A stretch of DNA of 64,000 nucleotides from Octopus sinensis (GCF_006345805.1 NC_042997.1:61380001-61444000); one strand, 5' to 3'; numbered from the stretch's first letter, positions 1-15,208 are shown. The notes: generated by a model from the sequence alone, not told the origin. Made by a program: numbers and translations.

Positions 1-1822
1 TTTCTCCAAATGTTCACTACCTTGTCAAAACTATATCAGCAAAGAAAAGACCTCTAAATGCATTAAAAACAGTATAACATATTCAGAACACTATTTCAGA
101 GAATTATCTATGTTCACTTTAGATGGGGTAAAACGAGTAAGACAAGGTGAGGTCAATTTACCTTTTCCATCCTTAGACATCAGAAAGATTAGAAAATCAA
201 TAAAATTTTTTAAATATCTTGGTCAAATGAAAGAAGATCATGCAAAAAGCGAAACTCATCTAAATCTAAAAACTAAGTATAAAATATTCTCTATAGTTTC
301 TTCATGATCTGGTGAATTAGATCTCTTCCTGACATATATATATGTGTGTGTGTGTGTGTGTATGTATATACATGCACCAACCAGATAAAGAGAAGAAATT
401 ATTGAAATTAGTCATTACTCATTTTACCCCAATTTGGATATCACCTCTTTGAAAATTGTAAATGATCAAATTAGAAATTAGTGTGGGAAGAAAATTGACT
501 TGGATTCCTACAGAGAAAAGAATATTGATTGCTAAACAACAAAAATTACCCAGATAATTTATTAGTGACTTCAGTTACAATCGATTCAAATTTGAGAAAA
601 AAAATTCCTTGCGAAAAGTACCTGCCGCCTGACTATGTTTCAAACTCTCTCAACTTCAACGACTATGCTGACCAACTTTTTACCTCCAAAGATAATGCAA
701 CAGTATAAAATGGTAAAGCAATACTTGCAATGTAATGGTTTCAAACAGGTAAAAAGAAAATAACAAGTTGGAAATAACGCATTTTGCCCCAGTTACTAAT
801 TTTGCCCCACTCCTCTATAGTAATATTAAGTGTTTGACAAAATGACACAAAATGTAGAGAGTAAAAAAAACGAAGGTTTGATTTAATGAAAAACATTTGA
901 AAATATATGCAATAATTCTAAAATATTCTTTTAGCTGTTCAGAGATGTTATTTTATAATTCAAACTACCATTAAAACCCATGTGATTTATGCAGGTGATT
1001 TTCAGGATAAAATTTGTTAACAAAAGCTTCTACTCATGTAAGATTCACACCTAAAAGTTTTCAGAATTGCTGATATAATCAGGGGAAAAAGGTTTTCAAT
1101 TTAGTTGTATTTAGCATAATTTCACTTACTTACGATTAGATTTTATTAAATTTTCATTGTATAAAAATAATTTCTGTTTAACAGGTATCACATTGAAAGT
1201 TATTAAATTACAAAGTATTTGTGTTGTTTATCGTAAATTTTACTTTACATTACTTGCCCACAAGAGATTATGTCCAATCTTTAGCATACTGCTGTATGTC
1301 TTTCCAAATCACAAATACAGGAAAAGTTGTTGATAAGAAGTACCAACAAAAACAAAACTGATAAATACACACAAGTATTGCAAATTAAGTTTAATTACCA
1401 ATAAACATCATCTTGGATGACACTTTACTCAACCAACAAAGGAAGATGATCGATCAAACTGATTATGTAAACAGAATTCTTTTCCACTTATTCTTATCGG
1501 AACCTTTGATACGGAGTATTGAAATTTTAATTCCTTTCACACTTATAAAATGTCAAGCAAACTTTAAAATTTGTTATTACCATTATTGTCAGTATGAGAA
1601 GAACTTCTGAATCACTTACTGTTAAGGAGAAATTAAATATGAGTTTCATTGCAACTCCAAGCAATGTAAAATATAGCCCAGATTGTGTTTACCTGCATGA
1701 ATGTCAAACCATTTAATAGTTTTTGTAAATTTATACAGAAAAAGTAAGCATTATACTGTCCAGCATAAATAAAAGTCAACTTCATTATGCGTATTTTAGC
1801 CATTACTTTTTCGGTAAAAACC

Positions 1823-1986
1823 TATTCTGACATTAACTGAGTCAATTTCCAGTATGAATTTTTACGCTTTGTACTTCTTTTTACAAAAAAAATACAAAAA
1901 AAAAAAACATATTCTGACATTAAATGAGTCAATTTCCAGTATGAATTTTTACGCTTTGTACTTCTTTTTACAAAAAAAAAAAAAAA
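1823..1986. repeat. Direct duplication, 87-bp period, each copy ending in an A-run
   Basis: tattctgacattaa.tgagtcaatttccagtatgaatttttacgctttgtacttctttttacaaaaaaaa at 1823 and 1910. Confidence 0.9.
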
Positions 1987-2167
1987 ATTCTGGAAATGAT
2001 CTACTCATGTAATTTATGCACCCCAATAGTTTATTTTTATTTTTGCAAAAGTGTGTAAATTACATGGATTTTTATGGTAAAGTGCAAATTTAAATTTTGG
2101 AACATATTCCTTACTCGTTTTCAAAGTTTCCAATGCCTTACTGGAATAATAACATTTAGACCTGGCA

Positions 2168-2210
<43 letters not shown>

Positions 2211-5200
2211 CATGTGTGTGCACACACATGCACACATGCTTTTTATTTGCAAGTGGTCAAACCAAGGTCATTGCTCACTCATGCATTGAAAGAAGGAATT
2301 TAAGCTAAAAACAATAACTTCTTTCTTTCAGTCTCTTTATCTTTATCTTTATATCCATTCCTACACACACACATGCATGTTGTTTTCCTTTTCTCTGTTA
2401 TTGTTTCAAAAGTAAGGGAATTGTAGCTGCTTTTGGGACTGGGTAGCAAACTATTTTTCTTAATTGAATAAATTGGTAACATGGAGAAATGTATAGTTAT
2501 TTATCATAAAAAAGAATCCATTACTTTTTTTAGCAGTCAAGATATGTTTGTATATTGAAAGGGAACCTTTTCATGCAGTATTGCTGGGAGGTAGGGTTCC
2601 CCTGTATTGAGTGCCCCATACCCTTTATAGTAGGGTATGGAGAAAGTTTAAATGGTTTAAAGGGACAAAATGACCCCATCGGGCTGCATGTTATTATGTA
2701 AATTTATTATTATCTAATTTAATTTTTGAGGGGGCCCAAGGCAACCCAACCTCCCCCACCACCATAAATCCGGCTCTAGGCCTCCATTAAATATCTGCCA
2801 TAGGCTGTAGCAACTTATTATGTATCTGTTTCTCTCCCTTTTCTTATTTTTATATATGTGTGTGTATGTGTGTGTGTGATTGTTTCCACAACACTGTATG
2901 ACAACTAGTGTTTGTTTATGGCCTCCTCATGACTTAACAGTTCTGCAAAAGGGACTAGTAAAATAAATACGAGAACAAAAAGTGAAGGGCTGATTTATTC
3001 AAGTAAGCCCTTCCTTCAAGCAGTGTCTCAGCATGGCCACAGTCCCATGCATGAAACAAATAAAAGATAAAAAGATATGTAAATTTAATGGTTTGAAACT
3101 AAACACTGATAGGATACATCTTCAAAAGTAATATAGTTCCTTGAATATATGAGAATGCAATATGTCTAATTATATAATCTGATGGATGAGAGATGTTAGG
3201 GATGATCTGAGAAGACAGAGAAACTGGTCTGTTGAATGATGATAACATAGATTTTGCTTGTTTTAAGGGTATAGAATGTGTCGTGACTTTAGTAGAAGAA
3301 TAAAATAAAGGACAATGTGGGACACGGAGGTTTCATGTGAATTTATAGAAAATATGAGGAATTTCTCCTTTATTGCCTATCTTTTACTTGTCTTAGTCAT
3401 TGGACTGCAGCCATGTCAGGGAACTGTTTTGAAGGGTTTAGATGAACAAATCAACTCCCAGTATATATCTTTAAGTCTGTTGGTCTCTTTTGCCAAACTG
3501 CTAAGTTGCAAGCATGTAAATCAACTGACACCAGTTGTCAAGTGGTAGTGGGGGGAAATACAAGCACAAACACACACACACACACACACAATAGGCTTCC
3601 ACACAGTTTCTATTTATCAGATTCACTTATAAGACATTGGTTTGCCTGAGACTGTTGTAGAACCTGAAACAAGATAGTTACAAATCAGGCTTCTTGACTG
3701 CACAGATGAAGTGTATGAGGTATGATTGATTAAATTATCAATTGTTTATGAGTAGATGTGGTGCAAAGATGTAGGATTACTTTTGGTAGGGACAGCAAAT
3801 GATTGATGGTACCTCAGAAATTGCTTGTATCATCATCACGTTACATCTGTTTTCCATGCTGGCATGGGTTGGAGAGCTTGACAGGTGTTGCACCAGGCTT
3901 CACTATCTGTTTTGGCATGTTTTTTACTGCTGGATGCCCTTCCTAATGCCAACCACCTTACATAGTGGACTGAGAGCTTTTTTATGTGTCACTAGAACCA
4001 TCAAGGTCTGTTTTGGCATGACTTTTACAGCTGGATGCCCTTCCTAATGCCAACTACTTTACGGAGATAGCCTGGGTCCTTTTTAGGGTGCACTAACACC
4101 CAGTGTATATTTTTAAATCCTATCTACCAACACTTTATACTAATTAATGATGGCAATTTATTGAAAACTTTCTAGAAGTAGCTACCAAGTCTAATCTCAA
4201 ATCATACCATACAATCTTCAAAAAGGAAAGACACAATGGACTATGTAGTTCCAGATACATTATGTCTGACTAAAAGTTGTGATACTGTTAATAATAGTTC
4301 AATACAATCAGGCTGAGCAAGAGTTAAACAATAACTACTACTAATTATCATTGATTATTATGCTTATCTTGTATTGTATGTAGATTATTGAATTACCTTT
4401 ATAGTCACTTAAGGAGTTGTTTTGGCTTGTTCTATTGATATTATCAAACCACAGTTGACTGTTGTTAGTTATCTGTGTTGAGATCCTCAGTTAATATATT
4501 TAAATGCAGTGTTGTTATCATTATCATTTTTATGCCTACTTTTCTATGCTGACTGTTTTATGGCTGGTTTTTCAGTTCTTGATGCCAACTCCTTTTATCT
4601 GTTACTTATGGCATGCGGAAATATGGTAAATGCCAGCAACACTGACAGGAATAATACCCACTTCTGGACCTGTGATAATTACAACCATTACATCACATCC
4701 CATTTATCCCCCCCCCCATAAACCAAACTACCTCACACCATGCTCTACACCTATATGTCACTCCCTTGCTTATGCAGCTTACCTCACCTTGTCATCTTTC
4801 TCTCTTGTCCTCTCCTTCTTAAATGTATCATTACTATCCTGCTGCACCTCCCCCATCCACTCCTTTCTATATCCTTCTATCTTCCATAACTTGTGACTCA
4901 TCGGTTTCACCCTTCAAATTTTTTTTTTTTTTTTACAGTTGTAAGCTGTCTCTCCATGCCCTCTTCTCCCGTTCTCCATACAATCTTAAAAAACCCTGCC
5001 ACCCACTTATTTCTTCTCACTTTAGGCTTTGAAGGGTCACCTGAATACCTTATCTCTAATATATATCTCTTCACAACTCCTACTGATCATTCTCTCCCTC
5101 CTTTACCAAATGTGAGTAACCACACAGTTCACAGTTCTATTACAAGAGCCTGTTCTGCACTCCAAATCTTCCTTTCATACTTTAACACCTTATTCTCTAG

Positions 5201-5914
5201 CATAAAACAGGACTTGTCTCCCTCAAGGTTTGTAGTCTTGTGAGCTGCATGGTGACCTCAAAAGTGCTGGTGGCAAGAAAAAAATGTATACAGTACAATG
5301 TGAAGTGGCTGATGTTAGGAAGAACATACAGCTGTAGAAACTTTACCAGAACAGACATTGCAGCACAATGCATCATTGTCCTTTGAGCCATTGGGTCCTA
5401 TCAAACTGTCCAACCCATGCCAGCATGGAACATGGACATTAAATGATGATGTATACGTATATATTACATACACACACACACACACACATCATTTTTATAA
5501 GTGGTATTTCAAACAATGTAATTAATAATACTAAGTAAAGAATACTCATTATGTCACGTAGAATAAATGTATAATATAGTTAAAGTTGACTACTTTTTCA
5601 TTATTTTGAGTTTTTTTTCTGGACAGCAATCATCAGATGATATGTCAAGTGGGGAATATCTCCTGAATTAATAATGGCTTTTTATTAAAGGAAATCATGT
5701 TGTTCTATAAGGGTTGTTCTTTTGATTTGAAATTCATTGGTTGTAATACTACTTGCAAATATATATGTATACTAAAAACCTATGTAGTGTCTAGAAGCAT
5801 TATGTTTGGTGATCATTATTGCAACAGAGTAGAAAGCCTCATAATTCATTATTAAGGTTTCTACTCTGTTTAAATGTGTGTGTGTGTGCATATATATGTA
5901 TGTATATATATATG

Positions 5915-7166
5915 CAGACATGACAGAGGCAAATAGACACCCCATTAAACATCGTTTCATATTTATTTTAACTTGAAAAGATCTGTATTTTTTATTAATT
6001 GACATTTTTATGTTTCTAGTTCTATATGTGACAGTTTAATCATGCCACATACAAAAGAAGCTTTGGAACTGTCCGAATTTCAAAGAGGCTGTATTGTGGG
6101 TCAATCTGAAGGTGAACATAGCGTAAAATCACAGAAAACCTTGGGATCCCACTTTCTACTGTTAATAGAATAACTGTGCAATTCACCTGAGAGGGGAAGA
6201 AGTCCACATCCCCTTGCCCAGGTTGACTAGGGCCCTCTGACCAGCACCCTTTGCTTTGTTAAGAGAAGTGTGGAAGTTAATCCTTATTGCAAGGCCTCTG
6301 ATATAGTAGAACAAATTGATGTCAGTCCCAGAACAGTTGTCAGGTATCTTCACAAACTTGGCTGCTATGGCAGAGCAGCAAGAAGGAAGTTACTTCCTCG
6401 ACCAGCCAATATCAAGTGGGGAAAAGATTGGGCCAGTGAGATGATGGAGAGGTCACTAGCATTTTGGTACACTGTCATTCTCTGAGGAGTCCAGATTTGT
6501 TCTATTTTCTGACAGCAGTCAAGTATGAGTCTGTCAACTCTGTGATCAAGAGTTTAACTGGAAAAGATTGCAGCCAACAATGAAACATAATGGCTATTCT
6601 GTGATGGTCTGGAGAGCAGTTTGGAGCAATAGTTGATCAGAGATAGTGGAGTGTGAGAGAAACATAAACTCAGATAAATATGTGTCCACATTTCAGAAAG
6701 GACTTCCAATCTTCCCTGGTGGTGAAATCATTAAAGAAGTCTCTTTATTTATGGAAGATGGGGCCCCTTGGCTAAAAAGGCTTGAGATTGGTTGGAAAAG
6801 AATAGCATTAAAAAGCTTCCATGGCCAAGCAAGTCACCATATATGAACCCTATTGAACACTTCTGGGGCACAATGGACAGGACACTTCATAAAAAGAACA
6901 AGAAAGCATCCTCAAATCCAGATCTTTTGAGATTACTGCATGATACTTAGCAAGAAATTCTTCAAGAGAATATTCGTCATCTGATCAGTAGCATGCCTAA
7001 TAGGATCCTTGCATTGAAAAATGCAATGGGAATGTCTACTAAATATTAGATATTCATTTTTTATTAATTATAATAAATAATTATAATAAATAATTTGAAT
7101 GTATAATTTCAAATTTAAATAAATTTTTACAATGACAAGGGTGTCTATTTACTTCTGTTATGTCTG
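5915..7166 (+). mobile_element. Full-length Tc1 transposon with disrupted transposase
   Basis: 28-bp TIRs CAGACAT(G/A)ACAGA(G/A)G(C/T)AAATAGACACCC at 5915-5942 and 7139-7166 (3 mismatches), TA at right. ATG at 6042 gives MPHTKEALELSEFQRGCIVGQ, then GRAARRKLL, SEES (from SDES), FMEDGAP, SPYMNPIEH across stops and frameshifts. Confidence 0.9.
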
Positions 7167-8224
7167 TATATATTATATGTGTATGTATCCATGATATTTC
7201 CTCCCTCCAGTTGTAGAGATTTAATGTTCCTCTGGCCGTTTGGGTCTGACATGTTGCCTATACAGCTAACCACTTTACAAGTGTGAAACCAATAGTTGTG
7301 CTCTGACTGGCCATAACTACCAACCTTCTATAAACACATACATACACACACACATTTTCATATAAGCACAATTGCATTCTGAAACATATATTTGTATGTG
7401 TATGTTATCATTATCATCATCGTTTTAACATCCACTTTTCTATGCTTGCATGGTTCAGATGGAATTCTTTGAAACAATTATTTCCCCGTGGTTAGATGTG
7501 TTTTTTTTTCCATAGAAGACCAAAAACAAATGATACAAATTGTAATGCTCGTTTACAAATATGAAACAATATCAAGACTGGAAAACACAAACATACACAC
7601 ATATGACTGTGTGTGTATGCATGTGTGTTTGCATTCCCTTGTCCACTCAGATTGCTTTAGTTAGCCTGTAGCTATAGTAGAAAATACTTGCCTAAGATGC
7701 TGTGCTGAGCAACTGGACCTGAAACAATGTGGTTGGAAAGCAAACTTCATAACCATACAGTCATACTTCACCTGTGTGTGTGTATTTGTGGTGTTTGCAT
7801 ATCTCTACAACATTCTTGCTATGATATTTGTAATGTACTCTTAGCTGATTTGCTCTGATTGAGTAAGACTAGTATGATTAAGATCACTTCCTCTCTGTTC
7901 CTTTTTCTCATTCAAAACCATAAGCCATAACATACTTGATATCATGACTGAGTTACACGCTAAAACTAAATGATTTGAAAATCACAGTTGCCCCTCATTG
8001 CTCAGAGCCTATATCCACAAACCAATCAAATATTGCCTTAATGCTCAATAATGAGATCACTAAGTAAACTCTGTCTAAAACTAGCATCTTCAGTCTCCTT
8101 GAGTCACTCAGCCTTGTCAGAATTTACAGCAAAAGACCTGATGGAATAACCATGTTTTACTGGAAGTTGGAAAAAAAACCTGATATGGATGCCACTGTTT
8201 TTTTATATACATTTACTAGATGTA

Positions 8225-8530
8225 GGTATGTGGCTTATAGGTTAGGGTATTCGACCCATGATCGTACGGTTATGAGTTCGATATTCTTGGTGGTGTGTTG
8301 TGTCCTTGGGTGCTCTATTTCACATTGCTCAAGTCCACTCAGCTAGCAGAAATGAGTAGTACATGTATTTCAAAGGGCCAGCCTTATCACATTGTGTCAT
8401 GCTGATTCTCCTTGAGAACTACATGAAAGCTATGTGTGTCTGTCTAGTGCTCAGCTACTTGCATATTAATTTAACGTGCAGGCTGTTCCTTTGATAGGAT
8501 TAACTGGGACCCTCATCATTTATGGCCAGT
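8225..8530 (+). mobile_element. tRNA-derived SINE of a third family
   Basis: Head gtggcttataggttagggtattcg...ggttatgagttcgatatt followed by tgttgtgtccttg...cacattgctcaagtccactcagct. Confidence 0.55.
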
Positions 8531-9304
8531 AGATAACACCATCTTTGATTCATCAGTGTTAATGAAAGCAGAAGTTAATGGTTTCAAGTTTTGGCACAAG
8601 GCCAGCAATTTTAGGGGAGAGGTTAAGTTAATTACTTTGACCCCAGTGTTGAACTGGTATTTATTTTATTGACCTCGAAAGGATGAAAGTACTGCTGACC
8701 TCAGCTGTATTTGAACACAGTTTGTGATGAGTTGGAAGAAATGCTGCTAAGCATTTTGTCCTGCATGCTAACAATTTTGCTAGCTTGCCACCTTATGAAA
8801 ACAGGAGCTAATAAAGGCAATAATTATAACAGCCTGACTTACAATTATCTTTTTCAGTTGGTACTCTGAAGTCAAGCTGAGTTAACTTTTTCCCTTAACA
8901 CTAACAATATTTTGAACTTGCAGTTAAAATAGCCAGGGCAACCATAAAGACACAGAAGAATAATTAATTCCAAAAGAAAATTTCCATTTCCATAATAAGG
9001 AGCAATTCCATTAGTGTAGTGTTTTCAAGTGTTACTTAGCTTCTTATATAGTAATGATCTTCTCTTTATAGATTACACAGCATGTTTTTTTTTTGTTTGT
9101 TTTTTTTTTCTAGAAAGAGTTAAATGAAACATATATATGATCTATCCACATCGTGTGAACTATTCTGAAGTCATTCTGAAATGAAATTCTGTAAGAGGAG
9201 TTTTAAATTAAATATGTCAAAACATTAACAACTCTTTCAGTAAAACTGAATGATGCTTGAAGGAAGATTTTTTAATATCATGTCACCATCATTAAAAAGG
9301 AAAA

Positions 9305-9510
9305 TGTATGTATGGATGTATGGATGGATGGATGCATGCATGTCTGTCCGTATGTATTTATGTATATATGTATGTATGCATGCATGTATGTATGTATGTA
9401 TGCATGTATGCCTGTCTATGTATTTAAGTATATATGTATGTATGCATGCATGTCTGTCCGTATGTATGTATGTATGTATGTATATCCATTCATATGTATG
9501 TATGTATGAA
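9305..9510. repeat. Degenerate (ATGT)n/(ATGC)n microsatellite
   Basis: Direct reading; accounts for ORFs 9250-9513 and 9312-9509. Confidence 0.95.
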
Positions 9511-10190
9511 TGAATGATAAAGAATTATCTGTGTTATTGTCTTTACGTCATGGAAACAATGACAAATAGGTAAACTTGTCAGAATTTAATTAAATAAATA
9601 ACTTTATCATAATAAAGTTGGTGTTTGGAACAAAGAGGTTTCAATAAAGAATTTACTTTAAATACAAACTTCTTAAACAAAAGGTTTCTATCAAAAAAAA
9701 GTTGAGTGATTTTGGCTACCATATTGATCATGTCAAACAGTTACATAGAAGCTTTTTTGTTGAAATCAATAAACATATTCAGGAGCAAATTTGGAACAAA
9801 AGATTAAGTATATTGTTTTTAAATTAGAGGATTTAGGTATAGTATTTTTGTTAAAATGGAGGTAAATAATGTTGTGAGGTTTAAACTGCTTGTCAAGATT
9901 TAGAAAAATCTCCATGTATATTAACATAGAGCAGTTGTTCTTAATAAGAACTGTAGCATCACTTTGGAGCATTGTGAGCTCACAAGGGGGTACTATGTTT
10001 AAATGGGTCACCTTTACCTTTTACTTGTTTCAATCACTGAAGTGTGGCTATGCTGAGGCACTGCCTTGAAGGGCTTAGTTGTACAAGTTGACCTCAGTAC
10101 TCATTTTTTATGTTTGGTACTTATACTATCATTCTCTTTTGTTGAACCACTAAGTAAGTAAGACATAAACAAACCAACACTGGTATGGGG

Positions 10191-10225
<35 letters not shown>

Positions 10226-13200
10226 TCAAGTAAATTCCACACACCTGCCTACCAAATTCACTCATACGGTATTAGTTGGCCAGACGCTATAGTGGAAGAC
10301 ACTTACTTAAGAAGCCATGCCATGAGACTGAACTCAAAACCACATGGTTTCAAATCAAGCTTTCTAACCACACCTGTCTATACCTATACCATGTCTATAC
10401 CTATGAGAATTTTCTTAGAAATAAAATATTTACAGTAAGTATAATTCTTACATTCTAAACATATTTCCAAGAAAATTTTTGTCAGGATTAAAATATGAAT
10501 AAGATATTGTGTTACTAGTGAGAAGAAATATGATTGATGATGCACCTAAGTCTAATACAATTTTATATAATTCTTTGTCTGCTTCAATAATCTTCATTAA
10601 AATTTAACGTAGGAGGCACTAGTTCATGCTAATATCTAAAAGAGGCTGTTAGAAAATAAGAATAATAAACCTCTACATAAATTGAAATAATTTCCTTTCC
10701 TGCAAAACTTTAGAATGAACATTTGTAAAACATCATTCTGAGAAGGAAGTAGGTGCAATGAGCTATGTACAAAAGACTGAAAACCACTGACGTAGAGCTG
10801 AAGTCACAAGGATAATAAAGATGACGAATTAGTAAGTAGACTTATTGGGTGACTTATTGTTACAAAGTTATTTGAAAGAAATAAATAGTTATTGACAATT
10901 TAGTTATCAATGCACTAGAAAGTATAGTTTCATACCTTTTACATAAGATGTCATATTGATTTTGTTTTTCATTGCATAAAACTGCATTTGTAACTCGATA
11001 TTGTTCATTGTTCAAATTTTTATACCAATTGAATATACATGTCAATGTTCAGTTATAGTTTAATACAGTCTCCTGCCAAAAGAATTGTTTATTTCATCAA
11101 TGATTAATGCAGATTTTCTTCTTTTTTGTTTTTCATCTAAATGTGAATGTCTTTTTGCATTGTTTATACCGAAATGAAAGTGGGTACTTATCTACTTTTG
11201 TTATGTTACTGAACACTTACTAAACCAGATAAGTTAGCTATGATGTAAAATACCATACAATAGGTGCCAAATAGTTTTTCTTACAAATCATGACAATATC
11301 ATATACAGAGACCAAAACTTTCAAATATTCATTGTTAGGAATTCTTTTCTACAAAAGATACTAATAAAATAAGTATCATCATCATCATCATCATTGTTTA
11401 ATGTCCAATGATGAAAGTTTTGGTCTCTGTATATGAGGTCTTAAAAATTAAGTATTGCAATTTATTTGTTTCACTAAGCCCTTCAAGGTGGAGCAATCCA
11501 AAGATTGAAACAACTAAAAGATGAGAGGCTTATCTGTAGAAAGCTGGCAATGATTTTGTATGGTGATGATGATGATGATGGTTCTGTGTAATATTCACTA
11601 TGTTTTTGAGACTAATACTTGATTCACTAATAGTTCTGAGGTTGATGTTCTGTCTATTATTATTATATCTGGGGGCCAGTGCTTTCAATCTATCCTTTTA
11701 TCCTTTATTTAATTTACTCTTTTAAGTGTGTTAGATCAGAGCACTGACCTAACACCACCATCAGCAATAACAAAAGCAGTGAGCCAGTGAGGGATCTTCT
11801 ATACAGTAACTTGACCTGTTAGAAATAACCAAATGTTTTTCAAATTTTAAGCCACTGCCTTAAAAGAGGAAAGACAAGACCTGCATACACTAAAAGATAA
11901 GGTGGTCATGGCTTGAATGCTACCTTGGATGAACTTGCTTCAGATATTACTTATGTGTTAAACAACAACAATAACAAGAACTATAGCAATGACAAGTGAT
12001 ACCCAGATACATGACAGACTGTTGTAACTGAGAATTGTTAAAATTCCTAGGCTGCCTGTGTCACTCTACAAGGTGGTCAATTATGAAATTTATCAAAATT
12101 CAGTCATCCACGTAGTCTAGCTTTTAGTTACAATATATTCTAAGAGTTGCCTAGAAAACCACTGCTGTATTCTTTTAAAAATTTACCTTGAAGTTGTTAA
12201 GTTTATGTTGGTTTGTAGTTTCTCCATTGGTCTATAGGTCTGATGGGCTTTTATATTTTTGTTTTCTACATTAGGTTTTTTTTATGTTTATGTCTCATTT
12301 TGTTTTCATTTTTTCATAGTGGCATGGTTTGAACGATACTTTTTGAGGCAGTGTTTTAAAGCCAGATGTCTTTTCTGGTGTATAATGTATCTATTAGAAA
12401 ATAACTGGGAAGCCTAAATATATATAAATATTTCAACCTAGGAATGAATATCATCATTTAATGTCTATTTTCCATGCTGGCATGGGGTTGGATGGTTTAA
12501 CAGAACTGATCAGCTGAAGAACTGCCTGGACTCCATGTCTGTTTTGGCACAGTTTCTATGGCTAGATGCTCTTTCTAATGCCAACCTCTTTATAGATTGT
12601 ACTGGATGCCTTCATGCAGCACCAGTATGGGTGCTTTTTACAGGGTATCAGATTAGGATCGTTTAGTTGAAGTGGGATGCAGGAATCATGCCTGTATGCA
12701 AGGATGACCACACTTCTTGATGCAACTATCTTCATTCATATGCATTATGTGAACATACCAGTGCAGTCTTCTCTCTTGCACCTTACATCTGATGCCTTAT
12801 ATACCCTGTTTTCCTTTCATATCACTTACACTCTGTTGTATATGCACATTGACATTAACCAACCAGCAGAGCGTACTGGCTTAATTTCTTTGAAGCAGTT
12901 GCTTGTCCTCAGAAGTCACAGCCCATGGCTCACTGCCATGTACCAATGTATAAAATAAGACACCTAGGTACAATAAGAGACTAGATTGCTCAAAATAATA
13001 TAGTATTAAAAGAATGACGAAGATATTAATGTGGAAATAATGTAAAGTTATTAATCAAAAACCTGTTACCTGAATGTTTTGAATAAGTGTTGTATTTTTA
13101 ATGCCAACAAGTGCAAATGGTTACATTGACAGGGTGTCAGAGTACTTGCTGAAGAGTTGCTTGTTCACTGCATCTGTAACCTGGTTACTTAGTACCCAGT

Positions 13201-14397
13201 GACTCAATCAACCTAGGTGAGGACAAGTAACAGCATGATAGAGTTAGTTCCCTGGTGTAATCATTATTATCAGCAGCAGCACTGTAAAAGTGGCCTCTTT
13301 TATGAACTTAAGGTTGCACTGAGTGTAGGCCTTCCTATTGATGAAAAGTCTGAGCAACAGACAGATAGAGAGACATTTGTTTACTATGCTTCCAGATACA
13401 CATAGCATGAAGACAGTCTTTACTGTATCCTCCTCTAACCCATCTGGTTGTGGAACTTACCCAAGGGAACTATAAACTAAGCTCTGGTCCCATGAAATTT
13501 AGTTTTTGACCATTTAATGCTGCCAACTAAATTCCAGTTTTATGAGGATGTTTGACTTCTGCTATTAGGGTTATCATCATCAGCAGCAGCACAATCAATT
13601 CCTGCTACCTCCATTATCATTATTATTACCATCATCAAAGCTAGTACTAAGACTATTATAATCACTGTTAATGATGATAATGATGATGATAAACTTTAAG
13701 CCAAAATCCTTTAAAAGTACAATGTTTATGAAGTTATGGCATTGCTACTACTACTACTGTTCTTTTAAAGATAATTTACTAGGATAAGGAAGTCAATCTC
13801 CATAATCTTGGTCTTTCTTTCAGGTTGGAGAAAATGATGTAGTTGATGTTCAGTCTGGAGTTCTGTTTTGTCTATTGGGAAAATTAAGGAAGATATGGAG
13901 TTCTGGAAGGTTACAGTTTTGAGGAAGAAGGATTAGAGATTTCATGTGAGAGATAGTATGAATGATAAGAATATGATTAGCTTTATTACTACTTTTTCTG
14001 ATACTTCTACTAATAGTTTCTGGTATAGAGGAGCAGTTGATTAAATCAATCCCAGTACTTTGTATTATCAGCATGAAAAATGAAAGGCAAAGTTGACGGT
14101 GAGATTTGAACTCAGCATATAAAGTGCTGGAAGAAATACTGCAATCTTAGGCTTAGAAACATATTGTTGATGTGCATGACAAAGATGAATGTACTTCTAT
14201 TGATATTAAATGTCAAATGGTGTATGCCAGAGAGAAAAAGTTGGTTCCTGAGGGTGTCAGATGTGGATTGCAGAAATATGAGAATAAGCTTGAGAAAAAG
14301 ATAAATAGCAGATATACTGTTGAAAGTTTGTTCAACCCATGTTGTTGATAAAGATGGTGGTTTTATATTTTTACCTTTTTTTCTGAACTAAGATTAA

Positions 14398-14822
14398 CCC
14401 TTTCATAACCATATTTCTTATAAAATACACTGCATTGCAATTAATTTTGAAAATAATCAAAAGAGTTGAAGGAACTTAGTAAACAAAACTAATTTATGTT
14501 ATTAAGTGAGTATTAGAACATAATACAAATTTATAATAGAAGTTTTTAATCTAAGTATGAAAATTTTAAAATGAGAGGTTTTGCAGCATAGATCTTGAAA
14601 GAGTTTCAAAGGAAGTTCATATCAAACTGATTAATCCTTTTGATTCCAACCTGCTTAAGATTGCAGGGTCTATGATTATAAACTGCCATCAAAATTTCAT
14701 GTTAATTTGTGTTCTGAACACCACTTTCATAATGATAAAGTTACTTCAGTAAATTCTTCATTATTTTCAAAATTCATTGAAACAAGGCAGTGTATTCTAT
14801 CAGAAATATGGTACCAATAGTG
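14398..14822. mobile_element. Two diverged piggyBac-type MITE copies in inverted orientation sharing a TTAA
   Basis: TTAA at 14394, 14631 and 14823. accatatttct.at.aatacactgc.ttg...aattttgaaaataat appears on + in the first copy and on - in the second. Confidence 0.6.
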
Positions 14823-15208
14823 TTAAGCATCTTACTTAACTATATATTTTGCAAGACGTAAGATATATCAGGACTGAAGAGTGTAGCCATAAGTGCTGCA
14901 TCCTAGCAAATTTGTTGAAAGGTGGATGACAGTAACATGCAGTGTCCAAGTGAACAGACTGGCTGTAAGCATGTCGCTTTCTTTTAGAGAAATTTTCTTT
15001 TTATCATTTATTGTTTACTTGTTTCAGTCATTAGACAGTGTTCCATGCTGGAGCATCACCATGACAGGTTTAGTTAAACAAATTAAGCTCAGTAGTTATG
15101 TTTATTTCAAGTCTGGTATTTTATTTGGCTCTTTTACAAAGTTGCTAAGTTACAGAGACATAAACAAAATGTCAGAAAGCACACACATGCACAAACACAC
15201 ACACACAT

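Noticed and set aside
770-820. DNA-transposon terminus (ttttgcccca twice, then ctcctcta-TA)
   Set aside because: No matching opposite TIR or transposase frame found in the window.
13824-13920. Possible exon after the ttctttcAG acceptor
   Set aside because: No FAM20-like peptide in any frame and no convincing donor; at best a UTR exon.
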